Source: Xylographa opegraphella (lineage: Eukaryota). From it: a stretch of DNA of 64,000 nucleotides. Position numbers and translations under genes: made by a program. Of the stretch, positions 1 through 10,670 are shown in pieces. Location: NCBI GenBank assembly GCA_022813865.1, contig JALDZX010000037.1:124001-188000 (forward strand), read 5' to 3'. Positions within the stretch are counted from its first letter, which is position 1; each line of letters opens with the position of its first letter. The notes beneath the pieces are model-generated. The model had not been told where the DNA came from. It worked only from the letters and a program-made list of their open reading frames with translations, and made no database searches.

Positions 1-337
1 GGCTGGTTATGTTGTGCTATGGGGTCGTATGGGTATGGCGCTCAGTGATGATCCGACTGCAGCGCTAGCCACGTACAGCGTCTTTGCCTTTCAAAAAGGT
101 ATTGGAAACGTGGTTGCCGGACCGATCAGTGCAGCATTGTTAGTTGAGAACACTAATACGAGCAGCTATGGCGTGATGCGGTACCAGAACATTATTATTC
201 TCACCGGAGCCAGTATGCTATTGAGTTCACTGAGCGCTGCAGCTTGGTACATCAAGCCAGCCGGTTATATAGCGCGTCGATACGCAACGGTTGCTTCCGC
301 ATTGCTCTCTCATTGGCTAGACCTTCGGCATCGATGA
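1..337 (+). CDS. C-terminal end of an MFS transporter (monocarboxylate-permease-like), 5' truncated by window
   Basis: Hydrophobic segments with G(I/V)GN(V/I)xxGPIS motif typical of TM11 of fungal MCT-like MFS proteins, then a final TM helix and stop at 337. Confidence 0.65.
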   Translation, partial: AGYVVLWGRMGMALSDDPTAALATYSVFAFQKGIGNVVAGPISAALLVENTNTSSYGVMRYQNIIILTGASMLLSSLSAAAWYIKPAGYIARRYATVASALLSHWLDLRHR

Positions 338-880
338 TTTGACAGTAACGATGTCTACGAACTGTTGGCTCTGCGGTGTTTCAAGCAGGAAAGAGGTAGC
401 AGCAAGTACTGTCCGTTCATACGAGTCCAATATTTGCCCATATGCACTGATGGTGACGGTTATCCGTGTCTTCATTTCACAGCTAATGAATGTACATTAC
501 CCTTGCAACGTACATCGTGAGTAGATAGCAAGCAGGCTGTGATTAACATGGCCATAGATGAACGAGTATTGAAGCGACATCACCTCTTCAATGGAGATCC
601 ACCAATCAAATCATGTGCATTTACTTGATGCTGATATGATTGGTCAATTCCTAGTGCGCAAGCCGTCGGCCGATCCCCTGCCGAAGCACAGACCAGCAGC
701 TGGTGCAGGGATGGTCGATTTTGTCGCCGAACTCCAGTACGTCACACGAGTCTTGCCACGAACTTTGGTGAACGCTGCGTTATTCTCGTGTCACGGCTGG
801 ATCTCTGGTATTGCTATTCAATTTATTGCCGATACACTGCGCAACATTTCCGTTGAATTTCTGTATCGCCTTCAATCGAC

Positions 881-2379
881 ATGGAACGAGCCAATTACCA
901 TGCGCCGGAGGAGACCACCCAGCAAAGTGTGGCTCCCCTGGGCGTCTCAGAGCAGCATGAATTGACCGAGGCTACTCTGGCGCACATCGAGAAAATGTCT
1001 CTCTATGTGAGTGACCACTCTGGCGAAGCCATTCGCCCGCCACCTGGATGTCCCGCCGAAGGGCTCTTTGGACGAATTCGAGTGGGCAGTCGTAACTCTA
1101 CTCTGGCATTGATACAAGCCAACCACGTCGTAGCTGCTCTATTCAAGACTCATCACGGATTCTCGTTTCCGGTCTCTACACACAGTGTCAAAGGAGACGC
1201 TAACAAAACCGCACCGTTTCTCAAACTGGCCAGCGAGGTCGGCAAAACCAATGCCAATGCTGCGAAAAGCTTGTGGACGATGGAATTGGAGGACAAGTTG
1301 CTGGACGGAGATTTGGACATAATAGTGCACTGCTTGAAGGATATGCCTACCGTGCTTCCAGAAGGGTGTACAATCGGTTGCATACCGCAACGGGCCGACC
1401 CCACCGATGCCTTTGTTGTGAAGAACGGCCTGTCTTACAAGTCACTTCAAGATCTTCCCGCCGGTGCCGTCGTGGGCACCAGTTCCGTCCGTCGAACTGC
1501 ACAATTGAAGCACTACTACCCCCATCTCGAAGTCAAGGAGTGCCGCGGTAATGTGTTTGTCTCCTCTTCATTTGCCATGTCTTCTTCGACTGACTGTTCC
1601 CTTTCAATAGCGACTCTCGACTGAGGAAGTTAGATGCAGAGGATTCGCCATACAGCGCAATAGTCGTCGCAACCGCCGGCCTGGTCCGGTTGAACAGGGA
1701 GCACCGCATCACAGCTCGTCTGACCGCGCCGACATATCTCCACGCTGTGGGTCAAGGTGCTCTTGGGATCGAGATTCGTTCTAATGATGCCAATACTCGT
1801 CGGATCATAAGCGCAATCGATCATCGGCCTACACGCCTTGCGTGTCTTGCAGAGCGATCGTTATTGCGATACCTTCAGGGCGGATGTTCTGCTCCCATTG
1901 CCGTCCAAAGCTCCTTTCGCAGCACCAGCAGCGAGTCGAATGGCGCAGTCAATGGTACCGCCAGTTGTACCGGCAATGGTAACGCCAGTTGTACCGCCAA
2001 TGGTACAGCTAATGGTACAGCTAATGGTACATCCAATGGTGCATCCAATGGTGCATCCAATGGTACACCCAACGGCACAATCCACGGCACACTCAAGGGC
2101 ATAAAAACCGACGAAAGCGAAGAAAGCAGCGGTATCCTCGAGCTGGTCGGCAGCATACTGCACCCCAAAGGTGGCGTAGAAATCCGTGCGCGGCATTCCG
2201 GCCTCGTCAGCTCGGACGCCGATGCCGAAGCCATCGGAGTGACCGTTGCCGAAAAGATGCTCGCTCTCGGCGCCGGCGCCCTCCTGAAACTCATCGATGA
2301 ACTGCAGCATGTGTACGGGCCGCCAAAGGAGAGCGTGGCTAACGGGGTGCCGGTGGGAGACACCAAGACATTGACATAA
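881..2379 (+). CDS. HEM3: Porphobilinogen deaminase (hydroxymethylbilane synthase), 2 exons, intron ~1555-1610
   Basis: Motifs GSRNSTLALIQ, KSLWTxELE, VHCLKDMP, GTSSVRR, RGNV/DSRLRKLD, AVGQGALG, AERSLL and GGCSAPI (cofactor Cys). Intron GTTTGT...CTGAC...TAG joins the two ORFs in frame. Confidence 0.95.
1939..2090 (+). repeat. Imperfect 12-nt coding tandem repeat (AATGGT(A/G)CA..., NG[TA][AS] units) inside HEM3
   Basis: aatggtacagct x2, aatggtacatcc, aatggtgcatcc x2, aatggtacaccc read directly. Confidence 0.9.
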
Positions 2380-2705
2380 GCGGCATAGAGCCAAAGAACG
2401 GATGCGGTATACGTCCACGACCGGCGTTAAGGGTTTTGTGTATGTATATAGTGGCTAGAGCTATAGGCTCAGGCTATCTGTTTGGAGCATGGCGGTTTGC
2501 TTTAGAGCAGCGGACTCATTTTGGGCATAAACTTCTTCCGGGGTTGGTGGGTTGTGCCCAGGGAGCATCTTCCTGTACTTAGAGCTAGAAGGGCTTGTGG
2601 GCATGTTGAGCATGTTGAGCATGTTTGCATATGTTTCACGGAACTGAAAGGAAGCCTTCGGGCCGATAGAGACTGCCTTACTCCTTAGCGCAAGCAAAAA
2701 GATTC

Positions 2706-3036
2706 ATTGCAGCGTAGCTGCTCTAAGGATGAGGGGGGTCCAAATTCAACTTCGGCCGCTAGTGACACGCAATGATCCGCTCCGATCAGTACAATATTCC
2801 CTCTTTCGGTTTAGCTTCCCGGGGGCCTTGGCTTTCCACAACGCTGCATATTGAGCGAGAGGCCGCCTCACTGATTGCAGCGTAGCTACTCTAAGAATAA
2901 AAGGGTCCAAATTCAACTTCGGGCGCTAGTAGGCAGATTGTTCCGCTCCGGGGTGTACTTTATTTCCTATTCAAGTTTAGCTCCAGGGGGTCTTGGCTTT
3001 CTTCCACGCTGCATCTTGAGCGAGAGGTCCCCTCGC
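2706..3036. repeat. Diverged direct tandem duplication, 168-bp period, 2 copies
   Basis: attgcagcgtagct at 2706 and 2874. Shared blocks gggtccaaattcaacttcgg, gtttagct, cttggcttt, acgctgcat and ttgagcgagagg occur in both copies. Confidence 0.9.
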
Positions 3037-3270
3037 GCTGGATCACCTGGTTCACGGGTAACTACCGTTCATGCTCCAGTTGCTAGTTACTGTCCGTGTG
3101 TGCACAGCCAGTGCAACCAACAACAGCGGGACATATCAATCGAGAGATATGTATGACAGTTCTTGCGATTAATAAACACTGGTAAATCATATATCCTAAT
3201 ATTACGTCTACCTCGGACATCGTACTCTATCTGACCGGAGATACCACACCCCCCATGAAACCCCCGCCCG

Positions 3271-4911
3271 TCATCCACAGCTGAACGGCGCAGCGATCGT
3301 CCCCGCCGCATAAGCTAGCACGATCGAGTCCACGGTGACATACATACCGGCGACGCAAATGAACGCGCCAGCCAAGAGCGTCAGCACACAAAGCGTCGTC
3401 ATGACCTTGTGCCTGCGGAGGCCGTCGGCGCCGCCGCGATAGTGATAAGCGTCGTAGATCCAAAAGGCGCCGGCGATGCCGTAGGTGTACCAGCTGGCGA
3501 ACAGGCTGGCGGCGATGCCGATGAGGTAGTTGAAGATGGGCACCCCGACGGCGAGGACGAAGGCGGCGGCGTTCATGAGGAAGATAAGCGTGACCCACAC
3601 GCCCCAGCCGAGGGCGGTGTGGCTGTGCAGGTGCCGGCTCCGGCGGAAGAAGCGCACGAAGAGCAGCTTGGCCGCCGTGTGCGAGTACAGGCTGCCGGCG
3701 ATGAGGAAGTTGGGGATCGCGATGCCGAAGGCGATTTTGGCCCAGAGGGGGGGCAGCGAGCTGAAGGAGGGGCTGGCGACGCTGGCGCCGATGTAGTAGT
3801 AGGTGACGATGGCGAAGACGGTGTAGAAGGCCGTGGCGAAGCCTTGGAGGGTGTAGGCGGCCTAGGGGAAGGGGGGAAGTTAGGAAGGACTGTGGGGGGA
3901 GGGGGGGGGGTGAGGGAGAATGATGGAACCTTCATTGCGTCGGCTGGATTTCTCATCTCGGAGATCCTGCATGGTGTTTTAGGATTACTTATCATTATGC
4001 GATTAGATGTAGTGTACGGCTTACATGATGAAGAACATGAAGTGCCCTAGAAAGGGGTAAGCGTGCGGTATGAGTGGATGTATAGGGGGTAGGAGCTCGT
4101 ACCTGCATAGGCGAACACGGGGTTGGTGATGGCAATGAATGCGGTCACGAAGTCTGTCGGCACCGTGATGTCGATGACCCGCCCTTCCAGAGGATAGACC
4201 CCGGCGGCGACCATGGCTATGATTCCAGCAACCATGATGGAGATGACGCTCGGTATGCTGAGCCAGGACAGTCGGTCGAGGGTGCGTGGCAGGGAGAAGA
4301 TGAAGGTCGGGATCGCGAAGATGCCAGTATACAGCATCAGGCATAGCTGGTTATTCGACAAAACACCGAGAGCGATCTGACCTGCGAGCAGCTGGCCTCC
4401 CGTGGCGAAGATGGCGAAGATGATGGTCCCGGCGCTCAATATTTCACGTCCGATGGGGCCGGCGAGAATGTATCCAGCGTCACCCATGTTATGGACTGGG
4501 CGGGTCAGATGAAACCACGTGATATATTGAAAGGAGAGCGAGCATATACCTTCCGGATGGCGCAGCTTGAACTGGATGAGAATCCAGCTCGTGAACGTGC
4601 CAAAGATACCCAGAAACACGATGATGATCACGCCGGGAACGAGGCCGACGACAGCCAAACTGGAGGGGAGCGAGAGCATGCCATTGCTGACAATCTCCGC
4701 TATCATCAAGACGGCAACCAATTGCCATGACAGCGTCTTGTACTTGATCTGGGGGCCGGTCAGCCTCCGCAGCGTATCAGCGGTTCTGGTGTATACAGAC
4801 CGCGTTGTTTTCCTCGTTGCCAAAGACGTCATCGCTAACAGGCTGCCGGTTGTCATTCCCCAAGGGCGGATCGTATTCAGCCGGGGAGTAGCGGTATTTC
4901 TCCACGTCCAT
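3271..4911 (-). CDS. Neutral amino acid permease (Aa_trans/AAAP family, Mtr-like), multi-exon
   Basis: Starts MDVEKYRY...DVFGNEENNA, spliced to IKYKTLSWQ..AEIVSNGMLSLP; also VHNMGDAG, TNPVFAYAGHFMFF, ISEMRNP and many TM helices; stop at 3271. Confidence 0.9.
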
Positions 4912-6027
4912 GGTGGCAGTATCCTTCTACCAGGGCAACAGCTGCGAGATAATGCAGAGCAAGAAGCACACTCCGGGTCGAGAGGGACGACATCTCGCTG
5001 CTTGGTAGCGTTGGCCCTCATTCTATCTGACCTTGGGAGTTATCAATCGCAATAGCAATTCCAGTCCGTAATAGGCAGGTCGGCGCTTCTGGCTTTCGGC
5101 TCCTTCGGCCGGTCGGCAGATGTAGGATGTAGGGCTGCCTAGCCTTCAACCGGGCGCGACGACAGCGCTGGGCATGTGATTGGTTCATGAGCGGGGGTTA
5201 TTCTGGGATTACTGCTGCTTCGGTATATTCCAGCATGATGGTCAGATTCGGGTCAGGTCCAGATAAAGGCGATATATTGCGCCGACGCCGGCTGGCCTCC
5301 CGCTCGACGAAAGGTACACCAACTCCAGTCTTTGTTCTTTTCGTGCCGCCTACCAACCCTTCGTTGGAGAGGTTGTGTGGCAGTGCGTCACTGGAAAAGG
5401 AAATTGATCTATGTCGCCACTAGGCATTGAATGTCTCGTTCATTAAGCAAGCTCTCTAACGTTTTCGGCTCGATGCCGAGACAGTTCAGTACGACATGCC
5501 GGGCTGCCTGAACAAACGCAAGCAGGTGGTGGTAACACACCAGCCATCATACGACCTTGCGCTGCAGGTCGAGTAGGCTGATCTTCGACCGCCTGGGAGA
5601 CTTGCTGGTCCTATTTGAGGTGTCCATTCAGAGATACCGCAATGCATTAAGCTTGGCGGCTGGTCGGGAGTTGGTTCCAAACGCCAAGAGTTTCGAGTTT
5701 CTGCCACGCTTCACGTTTCAGTTCCATTTTCGTGCAGAAATGCATACATGCGAGATGTATAACACTCTTACTGCCCCATCGTCGTGTTGCTCCTCGTTGT
5801 GGCCACTACGCGCGAGACACACTGTAGCTTTCTGGTCCTTCCTTTCTACGGTGCTGCTTTCATCGTGTACCGTCGTCCCTGCTGTTGGTTTCCTCTGCTG
5901 TTTCTCACTTCAAAAGCTGCTGGACCCTCCTACCAATCTCATACTTGAGTGAATGAGATTCAGCAAGCGCTTTTCAATATCTCGGGAAATCCTGGCTTGA
6001 CAGGAAGAAAATACGTCATACACGAGA

Positions 6028-6823
6028 ATGCTTTCCGCCAGTCTTCTTTCAGTCGTTCTAGCTCTCCTCTCCTTTTCGACCGTCCAGGCAGTCCCTTTAC
6101 CATTGGACTGCACCTGTGGCAATTCTCCACTCTCCGCTCGGACAGTCGACTACATCTTCCAGGTGACGAAAGCTCGCCACCTCACTCCCGAAGAATGTGC
6201 CTTCCTCTGCAACCCGAGCCCACACCGGCAGCAGCAAACCATCATGAGTGCCGACTCCAAGGTCACTAACGACCCTCTCAACTTCTCTTCCGAAACCAGT
6301 CCTGTGACCTCTTCTACTTCTTCGTCCATGGACAGCTCCCCTCCGGCTACGGGTCCTTATCTGAAGGCTACCACTTCTCCTCTCCCTTCATTCTCGCAAG
6401 TTGCCAACCCTGCTGCCGTGGAGCCACCGACGACCCTCGACCATCCCGCCAATCGTAAAGATCGCCACCGTCCGCAGCCGGCGCCCCTCCCTTCCAACCA
6501 CCACGCTGGACAAGTCCCTCATTCCCGTGCTCAATCCACCTTATCGCCTCAGCGAAAAGCGTTCCTGCCGTGCGCCTTGCGGGTTGGCGGCAGTCTTATT
6601 ATGCTCTTCATCATCGCCGTCTGCGTGGTAGAAATTTGCGATGCCCTTGTTCTGTTGTACAGACGGTAAGCCAGCCGTCTTACGTCCGCGAAAAGCACCT
6701 GCTGACGAACATTACAGGCGCGTCCGTGGTCGAGGCTACTCCAACAGTGGAAGGCTACGACTGGATGAAGAGGAGACGAGCGAGAAGAACCAGCGAGACG
6801 CTTGGAGACCTTGGCGGAGATAG
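6028..6823 (+). CDS. Hypothetical single-pass membrane protein (signal peptide, Cys-containing N-domain, S/P-rich stalk, TM, basic tail); intron ~6666-6718
   Basis: 213-aa ORF with hydrophobic N-terminus and a late TM. Intron GTAAGC...CTGAC...CAG leads to a short last exon ending at 6823. Confidence 0.6.
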
Positions 6824-7933
6824 GTCTCGGCGTGCTAGAATTTGGATTTAGCACGGTGTTGCGGAGTTACTTGATCTTGCCACTGTACGAGAACCATGGT
6901 TTCCGGCCTGGCGATTCGAACCGAACACGTCAATTACGATGTATGTGTATATAGATGTCGCCAGACTCCTCTACGGAGGTCTTTTTGAATTATACTTGTT
7001 AATCCATTACTAAGATGCGGCGATTAGGCGTTCCATTCTGCAGCCTGGGAACGAACCCTACTCTTTCTCGAGCTATTGATAGGGTAGCCACTGATAAGTA
7101 GCTGCACATAAATAGCCACTGATACCCTCCCACATACCCACAATCCCACGCATTCCCCACTCCCCAATCCTTACACCCAGATCGATTCCGCTTCACTTTC
7201 CCCAGGGCAAAAATCCGCATCCATGATCCAGACCAACCTCCTCGCACACCATCTACACCTGTCCCTCCTACAGCGGCGAGATCGTCGTCCGAGCGAAGTG
7301 GTAGTCACTGAAGTAGCGAGCTCACGAGGGAGAGCCGGGGCGATTACTAGGGCTGGGCCTGGGCTAGGCATGCCGGGGGGGGCCTATAAAAGGAAGAGCT
7401 ACGAGCACTGGAGCAGGGGCCGGTAACGTGGGGTGCTTTGTGAGGAGAGGGGTCCTGGAGGGGGCTGATGGGTGACCTGAATGAGAAGACTACGATGGAT
7501 GACTGGGAGTAGGTTGTCGGATTGCGTTGGGGCATCGTCTTGTCGGGAGCTTAGTCGTGGGCTGTTCTCGTTGATGGAGGAATGGCGCTTCCTTTGCAGA
7601 TATGATCGTGGGAGGGTCGAGGCGATTGGGAGAGAGGCGGTCGCAGGGAGAGGTGAGAGCATTGGAGGGTAGGAATGCTACCATGGCTATCCACGCGGCA
7701 GAAGCGGTGTACGCACGACCGCGGTTCCGTAGTGTCAGCGCCAGCGACGTACGGTGTGTCATGTTGACGGAGGTGTGAAGAGGTGTTCTATTCGCAGCTA
7801 TAGGGAGGAATCCACTGGCTAAAGCCCGAAACTCAGGTGGAAAGCTGATCGGTGTCTGACTATGTAGACCTTCCACGGTCCTATGTAACCAACTCCCTTG
7901 ATCTGCTCCGACATGATTATACCATCCCAATGC

Positions 7934-10670
7934 TCAATAATCCTCGAGTTCTAACTCACACTCCGCATCCGGGTCAATTTGTGGATCCGCATACATTTGG
8001 AACCTTCCGTCGTCCTTGCAGCTCTTGGCGACTTCCCACATCTTCTTGAGTAACAGTCCGAGCGAGTCGGGGTCTTTCCGACTCACAACCAGGCTAGGTT
8101 CGCCTTTCGCACTTGGGAATGTGAACTGCACGGCCCAGACTTGCTCCGGTGGTAGCTCGTACGTTTCGGCAAGCCTTGCGAATAGGGTATGGACATTGTA
8201 GCTCCGAATATTGCCATATGGCCATTTGGTCCATAGTGATTGACTGTCTGTGACATATATCTCCGGCTTGATTTTTCGTTTGCCGCGGTTCCTGATGGAG
8301 ATGCCCAGTACAGGAGCGATGGCGGAACTTGGCGGATTTACTTTCAGTGGCTCTTCCTGGACTTGTGTAGAAGTGCCACAATTGGCAGCAGTGGCCGCTT
8401 CAGAAGAAATTGTATCCATGGGCTGGGTAGCTGCCTGTGTCTTTGTGAGAACATTGTTATTGCCGGTAGGATTTCGGTCTATGATTTCCTGCGAGGCCTT
8501 CCGTTTTCGAGACGGGATATGGCTAGTTCCGCTTTCATCTGATCGACCGTTATGTGATCCCGCAGACGTAGTGTCTGGGCTCTGAACATTAGATATCTTT
8601 TGGGAATGAGCCTCGTTTGTTGAATCTAACGGGGAGACTGTTCTTTCTGGCATCTTCTCCGGAGCTGGTACAGCATCACCCTTTGCTGCCGAATGGAGGT
8701 TATCCTTCAAGACCTCGTTTGATAATGGCTGATCATTATCAGGACGGACATGGAATCGCGCATCAAGTCCAGAAGTAGCGTTATCTTGATGAGGCATCTG
8801 ACTCGAAACCGCTCCTTGTTCTGATGCAGTTGTAGGCAGCTCTGAGATATTAGGGACTGCTACTGCCGCGGTGGCTTTAGGAGCGTTATATCCCAAGGTA
8901 CTACGGTCTTCCGACCCGGATGCTTCGCTACACTTGTCACCTTGTTGATTTCGTGGAATCGGATTTCTTGCAACTGTGGATGAATCACCCGCAGAAGCGT
9001 TCACCTGGTCATGTATCTCGCGAGGAACATGTAAACCATGATCCGTACTTTCTGTTATGGTAGTTCCCTCATAGCTTTCCAACGTTGCAGAGCCAGGTTT
9101 ACTGACAATCTTCAACAAAATTTGACCCTTCCTCACGGGCGCATGGAGAGATGTCCTATCATCGTTAGAGTAATACTCTGAACTATCAACTTCTTTCAGG
9201 TTAGAGTGAGAGATTGTGTTCTGAAAAGCCGCCATGGCTTTGTGCGGCCTATGCTTGTCACCAGTCTCGGTACTGGTACCGTTTACTTCAGCGACTTTCG
9301 CTACGGGTACACGTGTAACAATAGCAGCAGATTCTCCAGAGCTTCCATTGACGAGCTGAGCATTAGACTGCGCCTCAAGTGGCATATGATGCATTTCAGG
9401 TAGCTCAAATTCCAGATTAGCATCGCTAGCTCCAGTATTGGATGGCATGATTAACCCTGGGTGGTGGCCTACTCGTAGATTGGAGCCATTGATAGCGGAG
9501 AAAGGAGTTATCGTAGGGCATTGCGAAGATAAGTCTTCTCGACTAGCAATACCTGGAACCATTGTTGCTATAGGAGCACAAAGAGACCTGCCATTAGCGC
9601 ATTAATATGCGGATTAAGGACTTCGGAAACGGAACATACGTTATGCTATTATTGACCTGTGTAGGACATTTATGGACAGTGTGTGTATTATGGAGTGAAG
9701 TAGATGGATACGGAACTCCTCGCATGTTCTGCTACGTTGTGTCGTCAGTATGTCTGCGTACAGCGCTCAGCATTATGTACTTACCTGTGGATAACCTTCG
9801 CGCGAGAAACGATCATCGTACCCAGCCATGGTATTATCGCATGATGGTTGCATTCCTTGAGTTTTGCAAACTGTCCTTCGTAAACTGCGCCGTATATTGC
9901 CGTAGCCGCTACTACTTCTGCGTCCTTGAGGCCGATATTCGCCGTCAGATGAGCTATCACCAAAATTTTCGCTGCTGATAGGGTGTGAGGCTGGCTCGTA
10001 ACTTGAATCAGACTCTAAGATAGCGGATGAAGAACGTCGCAGCGAGTTTGGTGCTGATGCTGACTCCTCAGTCGAACAAATGGAAGTCTGCAAAGCATCA
10101 TAAGAGACAGCGAACAGCTCGGAGGATCAATGGGAAGACCAACGTTTGGTGAGACAGGTACAGGACTGTGTGAGTTTTGCCGTACAATTTTACGCGCTTC
10201 GTATCTTTGACTCCGGATAACATTACTGACGAAGTTCCAAATGCTTGGTAGTCATTCATTTCAAAACGTACTTTTCTATACCTCTCGCATAGATAGAGGA
10301 GGGCTCGACGCAAAGGTTTATACAACCCCGCAACTCTAAGCCCGTCAGAAGCGAACCGAACATCGAAGTCAGATACATACTGCTTAGTGGTCAGAGTGGA
10401 TTCGTAGACACGAGTCCCGCATTTGAGATTCGACCTGGAGAAGTAAAGCCGCCCATGCAATCGAAGGAAGTTGTAGAGTTCTGTATGGACAAGATCTTTG
10501 TTTGTTCTGTAGTGCATAGCTCTTCGGTGGAGATGATCTGGATCTTCGTGAAAACATACTAGATCTGCCCAAAGAGACGCGCGTAGCTTGTCGTCCTTCA
10601 TTAATTCGAGCGAATCAAAGAAACCTTCGACCGCTGCCGGAGCTGCTCTGTATTTCCAATGGTCTTCCAT
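7934..10670 (-). CDS. Multi-exon hypothetical protein: globular N-part, long disordered middle, C-terminal ~95-aa module related to the genes at 17018 and 19023
   Basis: 542-aa terminal ORF plus upstream ORFs 9773-10093 and 10098-10670 separated by GTAAGT/GTATGT donors. Exact exon structure and start are uncertain. Confidence 0.6.

Noticed and set aside
2706..3036. Identification of the 168-bp repeat as U-snRNA, 5S rRNA, tRNA or a 56-aa coding repeat
   Set aside because: Diagnostic motifs are absent and the copies contain indels and stops; kept only as an unassigned repeat.
3409..4050. 213-aa + strand ORF and other ORFs overlapping the permease
   Set aside because: Antisense shadow of a GC3-rich coding region; no independent motif.
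1..5000. Secondary-metabolite cluster around HEM3
   Set aside because: No backbone enzyme is visible in the window; only transporters flank it.
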